From contig DAOUJA010000057.1 in NCBI GenBank assembly GCA_034423175.1, positions 2,800-66,799 on the forward strand: a DNA stretch of 64,000 nt. The letters are read 5' to 3'. The position numbers were made by a program, and so were the translations under genes. The stretch is from Dehalococcoidia bacterium (GTDB lineage: Bacteria > Chloroflexota > Dehalococcoidia > Lucifugimonadales > Australimonadaceae). This document shows positions 53,139 to 61,497 of this stretch, piece by piece. Every line of letters starts with the position of its first letter. The stretch's first letter is position 1. The notes under the pieces are model-generated. The model did no database searches, was not told where the DNA came from, and saw only the letters and a program-made list of their open reading frames with translations.

Positions 53139-54390
53139 AGAGAATGCACTTTTCACCAGCGTGGGGCCGGGGACGGCAGGGGGCGACCTGCTCCGGCGGT
53201 ACTGGCATCCCATATGCACAACGGGCGAGATCAGCCCTTCGAAGCCCACGAGACGCATCACCCTGCTGGGTGAGCAACTCGTCGCCTACCGAGACCGCCG
53301 CGGCGTCTACGGGCTGGTCGCCGAGCATTGCCCGCACCGGAGCGCGTCGCTCTACTACGGGTACGTCGAGGAGGAGGGCATCCGCTGCGCCTACCACGGC
53401 TGGATGTTCAATGAAGAGGGCCGCTGCCTGGAGCAGCCGTTCGAGCCGAAGCAGGAGACGACGAGGGACGCCTTCCGCCATACGGCCTACCCCGTGCAGG
53501 AACTGGGCGGCCTGCTCTTCGCCTACCTCGGGCCGCAGCCCGCGCCGCTGGTGCCCAGGTGGGACGTGCTCGCCCGCGAGGACGGCAACCGCGCCGTGGA
53601 GGTCCACGAGCTGCTGAACTGCAACTGGCTTCAGTGCCAGGAGAACTCGCTGGACCCGTCGCACACGTACTACCTGCACCTGCGCAGGATGATCGAGAAG
53701 GGCAAGTTCCGCGGCAGGGAGCTGCGCGCGCCGGAGCGCTACATGTTCCAGGAGCACCCGTACGGCATCGTGAAGCGGCGGGTCTTCGGCGGGGACGGAG
53801 CGATCGAGTGGGAGCAGCTTGGGCATCCCGCGATATTCCCGAACATCCTCCGTCACGCGACCGAACGGCCCAGCGCAACAGGCGACCCGACGCCCGAGGA
53901 AGCATCCGCGTGGCCGATAGACCTCCAGATCCGCGTGCCCATCGACGACACCCACACGCAGATCTACATTATCTACTTCACGCCCACGCCCGACGGCACG
54001 CTGGACGACGTGACCGGCGAGACAACGTTCACCCGCCACGTCGTGCGCAACGAGGACGGCGACTTCCACCTGGAGACCTTCCCCAGCCAGGACGAGATGG
54101 CATGGGAGACCCAGGGCCCGATAGCGGACCGGACCGTCGAGCGGTTGGGCGTTTCGGACATGGGGATAGCCATCTGGCGGCGGATGCTGCACGAGCAGAT
54201 CAAGATCGTGCAGGACGGCGGCGACCCGATGTGCGTGTTCCGCACGAACGACGGCATCATCGACATCGGGCCGTCGCGGGAGTGGAACGGCGAACGGTAC
54301 GTGCCGAAGGCCTGGGAGGGCTGGGGCGACGGCAAGGTCTGGACGACGCCCAACGTGTGGCTCGGTCACGAGGCGGCGTTGGCGTCCTAG
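53125..54390 (+). CDS. Rieske [2Fe-2S] non-heme-iron oxygenase, alpha subunit
   Basis: CPHRSASL...CAYHGWMF Rieske motif. Mononuclear iron motif NSLDPSHTYYLH. Start at MLTAEEN, overlapping the permease stop by 14 nt. Confidence 0.8.
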   Translation: MLTAEENALFTSVGPGTAGGDLLRRYWHPICTTGEISPSKPTRRITLLGEQLVAYRDRRGVYGLVAEHCPHRSASLYYGYVEEEGIRCAYHGWMFNEEGRCLEQPFEPKQETTRDAFRHTAYPVQELGGLLFAYLGPQPAPLVPRWDVLAREDGNRAVEVHELLNCNWLQCQENSLDPSHTYYLHLRRMIEKGKFRGRELRAPERYMFQEHPYGIVKRRVFGGDGAIEWEQLGHPAIFPNILRHATERPSATGDPTPEEASAWPIDLQIRVPIDDTHTQIYIIYFTPTPDGTLDDVTGETTFTRHVVRNEDGDFHLETFPSQDEMAWETQGPIADRTVERLGVSDMGIAIWRRMLHEQIKIVQDGGDPMCVFRTNDGIIDIGPSREWNGERYVPKAWEGWGDGKVWTTPNVWLGHEAALAS

Positions 54391-54427
54391 CCGGGCGCGC
54401 ATTCGGTTTGCAGAGGAGGGCCAACGC

Positions 54428-55525
54428 ATGACCAACGAGCGGAACGCAACCTGGAGGCTGACCCCGTTCGAGCGCTGGGTGCAGGACGAGGGGCTGAAGG
54501 TCATCACTCAACATACGGTGCCGGACCTGTTCACGGAGGAGCTCGCCCCGTGGGAGCGCACCGGCTGCGACGCCGCGCTGCTCGACCTGACACACCATCC
54601 TTCCGAACAGCGGCTCGTGCAGAACCAGGGAGGCATCCGCTACCTGATCGAGATCCCGCCGGGGGGCACGCTCAACCTCGAACGCCACATGTACGAGGAG
54701 ATCTTCTACGTGCTGTCCGGCCGCGGCGCGACGACGCTCTGGTACGACGGCACTCCGCGCCAGACCTTCGAATGGCATACCGACAGCGTCTTCGCCATAC
54801 CGCTCAACGCCTGGCACCAACTGCATAACGGGAGCGGCACGGAGCCGGTGCGGCTGTACGCGGCCACGAACATGCCGCACATCTTCAACCTGTTCGCCAA
54901 CGCGGACTTCGTGTTCAACACGCCGAAGGCGTTCCTGGACCGGTTCGACCCGAGCGACGAGATGTACTTCAGCGGCCAGACCACGCGCATCGCCGACCGC
55001 CTCATGACCGCCAACTTCATCCCCAGCGTGACGGGCATGTCACTGGACCAGTGGTCGTACCGGGGGCCGGGCTCCAACATGTTCGTCATCATGGCCGGCG
55101 GGCGGTACATCTGCCACGTGTCCGAGTTTCCCACCGCGTCCTACAAGAAGGGGCACGGCTTCGGGGGCGCCGTCCAGGACCCGCGAAGGGGACAGACGAC
55201 GGACGTGAGCTACCTCTTCCTGACCGGCGAGGGGTACGACCTGCAGTGGCCTCCCGGCGCCCTGCCCGGGCCGGACACGGAGTGGACGCGCTGCGACTTC
55301 AAGCGGGGCTCGCTCATGTCCAACGGCCACGGCGGGCACCAGCACTTCAACGTGAGCGACGAGCCGGCGCGCTACCTGGTTTTCCGGGAAGGACACCCGG
55401 GATACGCGGGCGGCGGAGCGAGGGCCGGAGAGGGCCAGGGGCAGATCGAGTTCGAGGACGAGGACCCGCGCATCCGCGAGATGTTCGACGAGGAGTGCGC
55501 GGCGTGGCGCGCCCGGACCACATAG
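54428..55525 (+). CDS. bicupin protein (paralog 3 of 3) with degenerate C-terminal metal motif
   Basis: Shares FEWHTDSVFAIPLNAWHQLHNGSG and IEFEDEDPRIREMFDEE with the other two. It has YKKGHGFGGAVQDPRRGQTTDVSYLFLTG where the paralogs have YKK[AG]HRHGPG. Confidence 0.65.
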   Translation: MTNERNATWRLTPFERWVQDEGLKVITQHTVPDLFTEELAPWERTGCDAALLDLTHHPSEQRLVQNQGGIRYLIEIPPGGTLNLERHMYEEIFYVLSGRGATTLWYDGTPRQTFEWHTDSVFAIPLNAWHQLHNGSGTEPVRLYAATNMPHIFNLFANADFVFNTPKAFLDRFDPSDEMYFSGQTTRIADRLMTANFIPSVTGMSLDQWSYRGPGSNMFVIMAGGRYICHVSEFPTASYKKGHGFGGAVQDPRRGQTTDVSYLFLTGEGYDLQWPPGALPGPDTEWTRCDFKRGSLMSNGHGGHQHFNVSDEPARYLVFREGHPGYAGGGARAGEGQGQIEFEDEDPRIREMFDEECAAWRARTT

Positions 55526-55545
55526 CCGGCGCCCAAGGATTCCTG

Positions 55546-55590
55546 CCCGAGAGATGTTTCGACTCCGCCTCCGGCTTCGCTCAACATGAC
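55546..55590. repeat. REP-like element, family C (second copy, inverted relative to 15774-15807, with a 10-nt insertion)
   Basis: cccgagagatgtttcgact[ccgcctccgg]cttcgctcaacatgac, compared with the reverse complement of 15774-15807. Confidence 0.55.
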
Positions 55591-55830
55591 AAGCTCCCGG
55601 CTCTGTTTCCGCTCCGCTTCCGGTCCAACACGACGAGCTCCCGACTCCGAACAGTTACCCCCGGTCACGGGGATTGACACGTCAAGCAGCGCGTCGATAG
55701 GGTTGCGCCAAATCTCCAGTCCCCGACGGTCAGAGGTGTCCAGGTGACCTCCGCATGCTTCTGTTGCTGCTGTAGCGCCCACGAAGCCGGGGTGTGTTGT
55801 TGCACGCACCCCTCCGGCATGGACACGCCT

Positions 55831-55864
55831 GCCCCGCACCACACCTGAGGCTGCGGGGCTTTTT
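55831..55864 (+). terminator. rho-independent terminator
   Basis: gccccgca - 13-nt loop - tgcggggc followed by TTTTT. It lies 36 nt upstream of the next start codon. Confidence 0.55.
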
Positions 55865-55899
55865 CATGCCCCGCGACCGACGACACAAGGAGGAGACCG

Positions 55900-56982
55900 A
55901 TGGACTCGAAGCCCACACCCGAAGGCACGCACGTCAAGCCGACGCCCAGCGAGCTGTTCTTCCACCACGACGTCTGCGTGGAGACACGCTGGGAGAACCT
56001 GTACAGCCGCGGGTACCTGACCCCCGAATCGCTGTTCTACATCCGCAACCACGGCCCGACGCCGATCATCGACGCGAAGACGTGGCGGCTCAGCGTGGAG
56101 GGGCCGGGCGTCGAGAACCCGCTGAGCATCAGCTACGACGAGCTGCTGCGGATGCCGTCGGTAACGGTGACGCGGTTCATCGAGTGCGCGGGGAACGGGC
56201 GCATCTTCTTCAAGGAGTACCAGGGGAAGATGCCGGCAGGGCGGCCCTGGCGCTACGGCTCCTACGCCGTGGCGGAGTGGACCGGGGTGCCGCTGCGCGA
56301 GATCCTGGAGCGCGCGCGCATCAAGCCGACAGCCGTCGACGTGATGCCGACGGGACTGGACCAGGCCGCGGTGGAGCGTCCGATGCCGGTGGCCAAGGCG
56401 ATGGAGCCGGACACGATCGTGGCGTACGCGATGAACGGCGACCTCATCCCGCCCGACCACGGCTATCCGGCGCGGGTCATCGTGCCGGGGTGGGTCGGCA
56501 TCAACAGCATCAAGTGGGTGGGGAAGATCGTGGTGTGCGAGGAGCCGATCCACGTTATGCGGAACACGGAGGAGTACGTGCTGGACGGGCCGGACTTCGC
56601 GCCGGAGCCGCCGGCGCTGGGGCCGGTGCTGACGACGACGCCGGTACGCTCCGGCATCGCGATGGCATGGCCGGGGACACTGCAGGCGGGCACGCAGGCG
56701 ATCCGAGGGTTCGCGTGGTCCGGACACGGCAGCATCAGCCGGGTCGAGTACAGCCTGGACGACGGCAAGACGTGGGCCGACGCCACCATCCAGGAGCCGA
56801 ACATTCCCCTGGGCGGCTGCCGGTGGGAGTTCATGTGGGACGCACCGAAGGGCGAGCACACTATCACGATGCGGGCCACGGACAGCGCGGGGAACACGCA
56901 GCCGGAGCCGGACACGATGAAGTGGAACGAGCGCGGCTACGACTTCTGGGCGGCGGTGCCGCACCCGGTGACCGTGGAGTAG
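55900..56982 (+). CDS. sulfite-oxidase-family molybdopterin oxidoreductase (with C-terminal dimerisation/Ig-like domain)
   Basis: RFIECAGNGR (Mo-ligand Cys loop), GYPARVIVPGWVGINSIKWV, preceded by AAGGAGGAG. No signal peptide. Confidence 0.8.
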   Translation: MDSKPTPEGTHVKPTPSELFFHHDVCVETRWENLYSRGYLTPESLFYIRNHGPTPIIDAKTWRLSVEGPGVENPLSISYDELLRMPSVTVTRFIECAGNGRIFFKEYQGKMPAGRPWRYGSYAVAEWTGVPLREILERARIKPTAVDVMPTGLDQAAVERPMPVAKAMEPDTIVAYAMNGDLIPPDHGYPARVIVPGWVGINSIKWVGKIVVCEEPIHVMRNTEEYVLDGPDFAPEPPALGPVLTTTPVRSGIAMAWPGTLQAGTQAIRGFAWSGHGSISRVEYSLDDGKTWADATIQEPNIPLGGCRWEFMWDAPKGEHTITMRATDSAGNTQPEPDTMKWNERGYDFWAAVPHPVTVE

Positions 56983-57055
56983 CCGGCTCTCCCCGGCAGG
57001 GGACATCTCCATATGCCTCGAGGGCAGCCGCTACACGCAACGCCGTCGCCCACCG

Positions 57056-57211
57056 TCACCGCGTATCCGCACGCCAACTGCGTTCAGCGTAGAGTGGTTC
57101 TTCCCGCCCGCCCGCCCGTAACGCCTCGCCGAGGATGACCGCCAGCTCCAGCGTGTCGGCGAACGGCATCCGGGCAAGCGCATCGAGCAGTTCTTCTTCG
57201 GTGAGTCTCAT
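57056..57211 (-). CDS. short ORF, possible N-terminal fragment of an HTH protein
   Basis: MRLTEEELLDALARMPFADTLELAVILGE... is 51 aa. Its 3' part runs into the 45-nt repeat at 57080-57124. Doubtful as a functional gene. Confidence 0.2.
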   Translation of the reverse strand: MRLTEEELLDALARMPFADTLELAVILGEALRAGGREEPLYAERSWRADTR

Positions 57212-57409
57212 AGAACGAGCGTAACGAGGAAGAGCACGACCCACCGCGCTGCTCACGGGCAATGACGGCGCTCCTCAGGACGGCGAAGACCGGCTCCGCG
57301 CTGCGCCGCATCGCGGCCCACGATCAATCTACTACAGCCACCAGCGCTACAATCCCGTCATCGACGAAATCGTGGCGATGTTCCCGGAGTAGGAGCAGTC
57401 ACTTCCGGC

Positions 57410-58471
57410 CTAGCATGACTCGAGCCCGAAGTCTGTAATGGCATTCATTTGCTTCAGGCTCAGATTGCCGCCAACGGGGCCTTCGTATCCGCTGCTGCGA
57501 ACCAGATTTGGATTATCCAAGGCGAATTCGGTAACGAACAGCGTCTCTGTTTCCTCAGAAGAATCAAAGAAGAATGGTCCCGGGAATCGAAGTTCGTAAC
57601 GGATCGCTTCGTGGCCGAACATCTCGGAACTTCCAGCGTAGGAGTACAACTCTGGAAGCGAGGACGAGTAATAGAACGACAAGCTAGAGTCAAAGTAGGA
57701 CGTGGCTCTATCAGTATAGAATTCGGCTCCCCTAGGTTGATAGAACGAGTTCACCGCCAGGCGGACTGCGCTCCAACCATCGCCAACGACCGAATCCCAT
57801 GGCACCTCTGGGTCGATGGCTCCTTCATCATAATCCGTAGGGTCGAACGTCGTTTCGAATTCCCTGGTCCAGTTCTGCCCGTCTTCTACGAAGTCCTGTA
57901 AGCGGCCGTGAATGAGCCATCGTGTCCCCTCACCAGGCGTGAGCCTGGCATGCACTTTACGCGTTGTCTCTAGCATTCTATCGGTGGATATCAGGCTGAA
58001 GAACTCTTGGGAAACAGTCAACGTGCATCCTTCAGAGATTCCCTCTAGCAGCTTGCGATACACACCCGTCAGGTTGCGCTCCAGCATCGCTCGCGCCTCT
58101 TCGCTGCCACGGCTGAGCGACTCGATGCGCACTTCTGAGGTTGGCGTAATCGTAAGGGGCGGCATCGTCGTGAGCATCTTGTCAGGAATCTCTGGAACTG
58201 GCGTCCAGACAGAGTCCGAGGTAGGGGTCGGCGTGGAAAGTAACGGCGTAGTTGTTGGTGTGGAGATGGCCGTCGAGCCCAGCGTCGGCGGGAGGGTAGG
58301 CGCCGCAGTCGGTGTTGGCGTTGGACTAAGCGTGGCGGCAGGCACCGTACCCGACGTTGTGACCATTGAGGGCAATGGTGTCGCAATCGGCGTAGGTGTC
58401 GACGAAGTGCAGGCGACCGTCGCCATCAACACCAACGACACCGATGCCATTGGGATACACAGCCTAACCAT
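57410..58471 (-). CDS. secreted hypothetical protein with Thr/Pro-rich linker, in a lower-GC islet
   Basis: N-terminal hydrophobic segment ending VAC-T, then a ~100-aa T/P/S linker, then a ~230-aa domain rich in Y/F/E/S with no motif I recognise. Composition is visibly A/T-richer than the flanks. Confidence 0.5.
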   Translation of the reverse strand: MVRLCIPMASVSLVLMATVACTSSTPTPIATPLPSMVTTSGTVPAATLSPTPTPTAAPTLPPTLGSTAISTPTTTPLLSTPTPTSDSVWTPVPEIPDKMLTTMPPLTITPTSEVRIESLSRGSEEARAMLERNLTGVYRKLLEGISEGCTLTVSQEFFSLISTDRMLETTRKVHARLTPGEGTRWLIHGRLQDFVEDGQNWTREFETTFDPTDYDEGAIDPEVPWDSVVGDGWSAVRLAVNSFYQPRGAEFYTDRATSYFDSSLSFYYSSSLPELYSYAGSSEMFGHEAIRYELRFPGPFFFDSSEETETLFVTEFALDNPNLVRSSGYEGPVGGNLSLKQMNAITDFGLESC

Positions 58472-58582
58472 GCGGGCGAGTATACCCTAGCACGACAAGT
58501 GCTTGCCGTGATCGCATCCTACGACCAACACGACACCTTCGGGTGTCCCTTGTCGAAGAGCCAGGGCAGAGACGATCCAGCG

Positions 58583-60079
58583 CTACGGGGTTGAGTCGGG
58601 CGGTCTGCGGTGGTGCGTCGCCTGTTCGTATGCGTAGGCGAGAGCAATCATCGCACCATCGCTGTAGGGCCTTCCCAGGAAGGTCATGCCGACGGGCAGC
58701 GAGTCCGCAGTGAACCCGATGGGCACTGAAATCGACGGGACGTAGACGAGGAACGTGTTCAGGTGGGTTGCGCCGCGCATACCCACGAAGGGTGGAACGA
58801 AGGCGTCCCGGATGAGGGTCGGCTGGTGCTCGGCAGTCTTGTGGACGATGGCATCGAGTCCCAGGTCGGCCATGGTCGTCATGACGTTGAACATGAGTTG
58901 CGTCCGGGCCATGAGGTACTCGTGATGCGCCTCGACGTCCCATGCGCCGATGGTCGCCATGCGCTTGTTGAGCACGAGCTCGAAATCAGGCGAGGCCAGC
59001 ATCTCCTCGCGAGAGCTGAAGGGAGGATGAGCGCTGCGCCCGAAATAGACGTCCCATGCGGGCGCGGCGTCAGGGCCGCCCGCTCTCTTCGCCAGGAGTT
59101 CCCTGAGCCGGGGAATCGTGACCGGGTCGACCACCACGGCCCCCGCTTCTTCGAGTTCCACAACTGCCCTGTCGAATACGGCGGACACCTGCGCGAAGTC
59201 CTCCGAGTCCGGGTCCGTGCCCGCTCCCATGGGCTCACGCAGGACACCGATCCTGGCGCCTGCCAGACTCCCGGCGTCGAGACCGCTGACGAACGGTCCC
59301 CGTTGTGTCCCAACCCCCATCGCGGTGACGGGGTCCTCAGGGTCGTACCCGACGAGGACGTCGAGCAGCGCGGCAGCGTCCGCGACGGTGCGCGTCATGG
59401 GCCCCAGCGAAGCCTGAAGTCCCGGCCACCCTGCATAAACGCCACTGCGGCTCACGAGTCCGACGGTTGGCCGCATGCCGACGATGCCCGTCCAGGCCGA
59501 GGGTCGCCGGATGGAGGCGAAGGCCTCCTGGCCGACGCCAACCGCCCCCAGACTGGCCGTGACCGCCGCTGCCGGGCCCCCGGACGACCCCCCGACGGTC
59601 CGGTCGAGATCGTAGGGATTCCTGGTTGAACCGAACAGCGAGCCATGGGTATCGCCGCCGCCCATCTCCCCGAGGGTCGCCTTTGCGAGGATGAGGGCGC
59701 CCGCCTGTTTCAATCGCTCGACGACAAAGGCGTCACGGTCCGGATAGTAGTCCTTGAACAGCACGGACCCCAGGGTGGTGGCCATGCCGGCAACGTCTAT
59801 CTGGTCCTTCAGGATGACCGGCACGCCATGGAGCAACCCTTTCGGCCCGGAAGCCGCACGCGCGGCATCCAGTGCCTCGGCGTCTTCGATCACCCTCGGA
59901 TTGATCGAGATGATGGAGTTGATGGCGGGACCGCCGCGATCGAGCGCCTCGATGCGATCGAGGTAGCCATGGACAAGCTCCCTGGACGAGAGCTCTCCCG
60001 CGTCAAAGGCCAGGCGGATGTCCTCAAGGGTAGCCTCTACGGTCTCGAAGCCTGTGCGCGGCCCTGTGTCCTGTTGCAT
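58583..60079 (-). CDS. amidase (amidase-signature family)
   Basis: Start at MQQDTGPR (CAT at 60077-60079). LHGVPVILKDQIDVAGMATTLGS, TVGGSSGGPAAAV. Confidence 0.85.
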   Translation of the reverse strand: MQQDTGPRTGFETVEATLEDIRLAFDAGELSSRELVHGYLDRIEALDRGGPAINSIISINPRVIEDAEALDAARAASGPKGLLHGVPVILKDQIDVAGMATTLGSVLFKDYYPDRDAFVVERLKQAGALILAKATLGEMGGGDTHGSLFGSTRNPYDLDRTVGGSSGGPAAAVTASLGAVGVGQEAFASIRRPSAWTGIVGMRPTVGLVSRSGVYAGWPGLQASLGPMTRTVADAAALLDVLVGYDPEDPVTAMGVGTQRGPFVSGLDAGSLAGARIGVLREPMGAGTDPDSEDFAQVSAVFDRAVVELEEAGAVVVDPVTIPRLRELLAKRAGGPDAAPAWDVYFGRSAHPPFSSREEMLASPDFELVLNKRMATIGAWDVEAHHEYLMARTQLMFNVMTTMADLGLDAIVHKTAEHQPTLIRDAFVPPFVGMRGATHLNTFLVYVPSISVPIGFTADSLPVGMTFLGRPYSDGAMIALAYAYEQATHHRRPPDSTP

Positions 60080-60137
60080 AAACCCCTCGCCTTCTCCTGT
60101 AATCGGCGTCCAGATGGACTGCTCGGATATCGTCGCT

Positions 60138-60167
60138 CTTGACCCGATAATACAGCCGCAAATATAC
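60138..60167 (+). promoter_or_regulatory. candidate sigma70-like promoter for the second ABC uptake locus
   Basis: TTGACC (60138-60143), 18 nt, TATACT (60162-60167), in an A/T-rich divergent intergenic region. Confidence 0.4.
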
Positions 60168-60272
60168 TTTATGGCAACATTTGTATGGGTGATTCGTCGC
60201 ACAACACCCTGGGAGTAGCACTCCAGCCCGCCACACGCTTGCACAGAACAGACTGGCTCACGGAGGTCGGTG

Positions 60273-61442
60273 ATGAACAGCCGCTTGACCGCGCTCATTC
60301 TCGTTGCAGCGTTGGCCCTGGTCCTCGCAGGGTGCGGAGGAGATGATCCCGCAACCCCTACGCCAACCGAAGCTCCGGCTGCCGCCCCCGAGTCCGACTA
60401 CCAGAGCGAGTACGACGCCCTGGTAGCGGCTGCCCAGGAGGAAGGGGAGATAGTCACCTTCATCTGCTGCGGCGTGGGGCGCGCCATCGGCAAGATCGCG
60501 CCGGTGTTCGAGGAGAAGTTCGGCATCACGTGGACCAACTCAACAGGAGGGTCCGAGCAGCAGGCCGACAAGATCCTCGCCGAGAGAGATGCCGGGAAGT
60601 ACACGCTCGACGTCTGGATGGGAGGCATCTCGACCGCAAACGTCCGCCTCATCCCCGGCGGCGTTCTTGCGCCGTTGAAGCCACTCCTGTTCTTCCCGGA
60701 AGTGGTGGATGAGTCCAACTACTACACCGGCAAGATCGTGTGGATGGACCCGGGCACCCAGGACAGGATCATCCCGTACGGCCTGAATGCATCCAACGCA
60801 CCGTTCAGCGTGAATACCGACCTGGTGAAGCCGGGGGACATCACCTCCTACTGGGACCTGCTCGAACCGGAGTGGCACGGCAAGATCGTGATGAGAGACC
60901 CCAGGAGCGAGAACGTCGGCAACACGATGCCGTACTACTACAGCCACCCGGACCTCGGCGAGGAGTACATGCGCAGGCTGCTGACCGAAACCGGAGCGGT
61001 CATCACCTCCGACGCCCGCCAGGCGGCGGAATGGCTGGCCGCGGGCCAGTACGCGATCTGCATGTTCGGCTGCAGCCGCGAGGTCGGCTCAGCCCAGGCG
61101 GACGGTCTGCCGGTCGAGGCGGTCTACTCAACCCCGCTCAAGGAAGGAGCGATCGTCGGTGTGGGCGGCTCCACGATGTACGCGGTAGACAGTCCTCCCA
61201 ACCCGAACGCACAGAAGCTGTTCATCAACTGGTGGTTGACCAAAGAGGGCCAATACCTGATGCAGAGCACCGACGGCACCAACTCGGTCCGTACCGACAT
61301 AGCCAAAGACAACGTACGGCCGGACAGAGTGATCCGCGATGACGTCGAATACGGGTGGCCTGAGAGCAATCCCGACCATGTCGGCAATATCGGCGCCGCC
61401 CTCGAGAGGAACAGGGCATTCCTCGCCGAGCTTGGCCTGTAG
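60273..61442 (+). CDS. ABC transporter substrate-binding lipoprotein (paralog of 49888..51216)
   Basis: LVAALALVLAGC-GG lipobox. GGAGG lies 7 nt before the ATG at 60273 (the track starts at the GTG at 60270). INWWLTKEGQ is comparable to VNWLLSREGQ in the paralog. Confidence 0.8.
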   Translation: MNSRLTALILVAALALVLAGCGGDDPATPTPTEAPAAAPESDYQSEYDALVAAAQEEGEIVTFICCGVGRAIGKIAPVFEEKFGITWTNSTGGSEQQADKILAERDAGKYTLDVWMGGISTANVRLIPGGVLAPLKPLLFFPEVVDESNYYTGKIVWMDPGTQDRIIPYGLNASNAPFSVNTDLVKPGDITSYWDLLEPEWHGKIVMRDPRSENVGNTMPYYYSHPDLGEEYMRRLLTETGAVITSDARQAAEWLAAGQYAICMFGCSREVGSAQADGLPVEAVYSTPLKEGAIVGVGGSTMYAVDSPPNPNAQKLFINWWLTKEGQYLMQSTDGTNSVRTDIAKDNVRPDRVIRDDVEYGWPESNPDHVGNIGAALERNRAFLAELGL

Positions 61443-61497
61443 AACCGCAGGCGTGGCATTGTCTGGGCGAAACGATAGCGGGGTCCCGGTATAGAAG

